From the human T2T-CHM13v2.0 reference genome, Homo sapiens: DNA of 64,000 bases. Shown here one piece after another: positions 63,035 to 64,000 of this stretch. The stretch is taken from the NCBI RefSeq assembly GCF_009914755.1, contig NC_060929.1; one strand, written 5' to 3'. The position numbers and the translations under genes are program-made. Under the pieces are notes generated by a model, which was not told the origin of the DNA, did no database searches, and was given only the letters and a program-made list of their open reading frames with translations. Every line of letters starts with the position of its first letter. Within the stretch, counting starts at the first letter, position 1.

Positions 63035-64000
63035 TCAAGGCCATTATTAAAAATATTTGTAATGCAAGCTTACAATTAAATAAATTATATTGAAATAAAA
63101 AAGATGTATTTAAATACATTATTTCCTAATTCATTTACTGCTTTTTACTGTTACCTTTGCCTTCATGATTATTCACATTGACTATATCATAGTGGAAATA
63201 CTGAACAATGATGTATTATTGTGTATCTCTTCATAATTCCCTATCCATCGATGCCACATCAGTAGTTTGAATCAGCCATGGTGGTAGCGTTTACACCATG
63301 AAAATTACTAAATGTTAATAATTGGGGATTGAATTATTGTTTTGTTGATTGTACAAACTTAAGAAAGTGATGGAGAAAATGTTAACCCGGCAGGTTAAAT
63401 TTCAGTGCCTCGCTTGTGTTCATTACATTATGAATAGCATAAAAATTGAGGAGCTAGTCTTCCAATATTTGAAAATTATTATTTGATTCAATGAAGTTAC
63501 TCATACATAACTGACAAATAGGTGCATTCTGCTATATCTTTACTGTATCACTTTCATCTTTCTCATTATATTGTGTGCTACATGCCCTTTATATTGGTAC
63601 AATTTATAATTAACTTGTGTACATAGATGCACACACACTTTTTTTTCCCCCAGAGAAGTAGTTGTTATACCAGCAAGCCACTAGAAGTATATAAGAAACC
63701 ATGAGGGTAGGGCTATATTTGAGATTCTATAGTAGTATTGGTAACAATTATCTTGATATGTAATAGGGAAAAGAACTTTTCATGATATAGAATTAATTGC
63801 CTATTGTGAAATCAACAATTTTATTGAGCTGCCAAATTGCTACCTGCTTTTCTTAAAGTAGCATTAACTTCTTTTTGTTAGTGTAGTGTCTCCATGCTTC
63901 TAAAGTTGATGTAGTAACAGGATGTTGGCTTCAGCTTATAGGCTCCCTTTATGAGTGCTGTTTTGGTGAGGAGTGCATCGGAATAACTTACTGAACCCTT

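Larger units (their letters stand above)
62666..63683 (+). mobile_element. MER63-family (hAT-Blackjack), interrupted by AluJ
   Basis: GATGTGCTGGAGC...ATTGTTAAATTTTCA...GCCATTATTAAAAAT...CAGCCATGGTGG...TTTACACCA; ends TACCAGCAAGCCACT. Confidence 0.85.

Overview
This is primate (most likely human) AT-rich, CpG-poor intergenic or intronic DNA, and by eye roughly half or more of it is transposon-derived. It holds 14 Alus, several nested L1s (a twin-primed L1PA2/3, L1PA6-like, L1PA8A-like, two L1MA-type and an L1MB/L1M4), MaLR/ERVL/ERV1 LTRs, hAT/Tc2 MITEs, and MIR and L2 relics. I found no host protein-coding gene, RNA gene or CpG island. Every ORF I could assign is L1- or Alu-derived, and the rest look spurious. 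Subfamily calls come from remembered consensus sequences, not from a database search. I cannot support a new biological system. The most notable unexplained structure is a ~70-bp-arm inverted repeat in otherwise unique sequence at 62212-62435. There are also fossil DNA-repair scars (locally templated inverted insertions, tandem duplications, large deletions), non-B-DNA motifs and weak + strand splice-site candidates.
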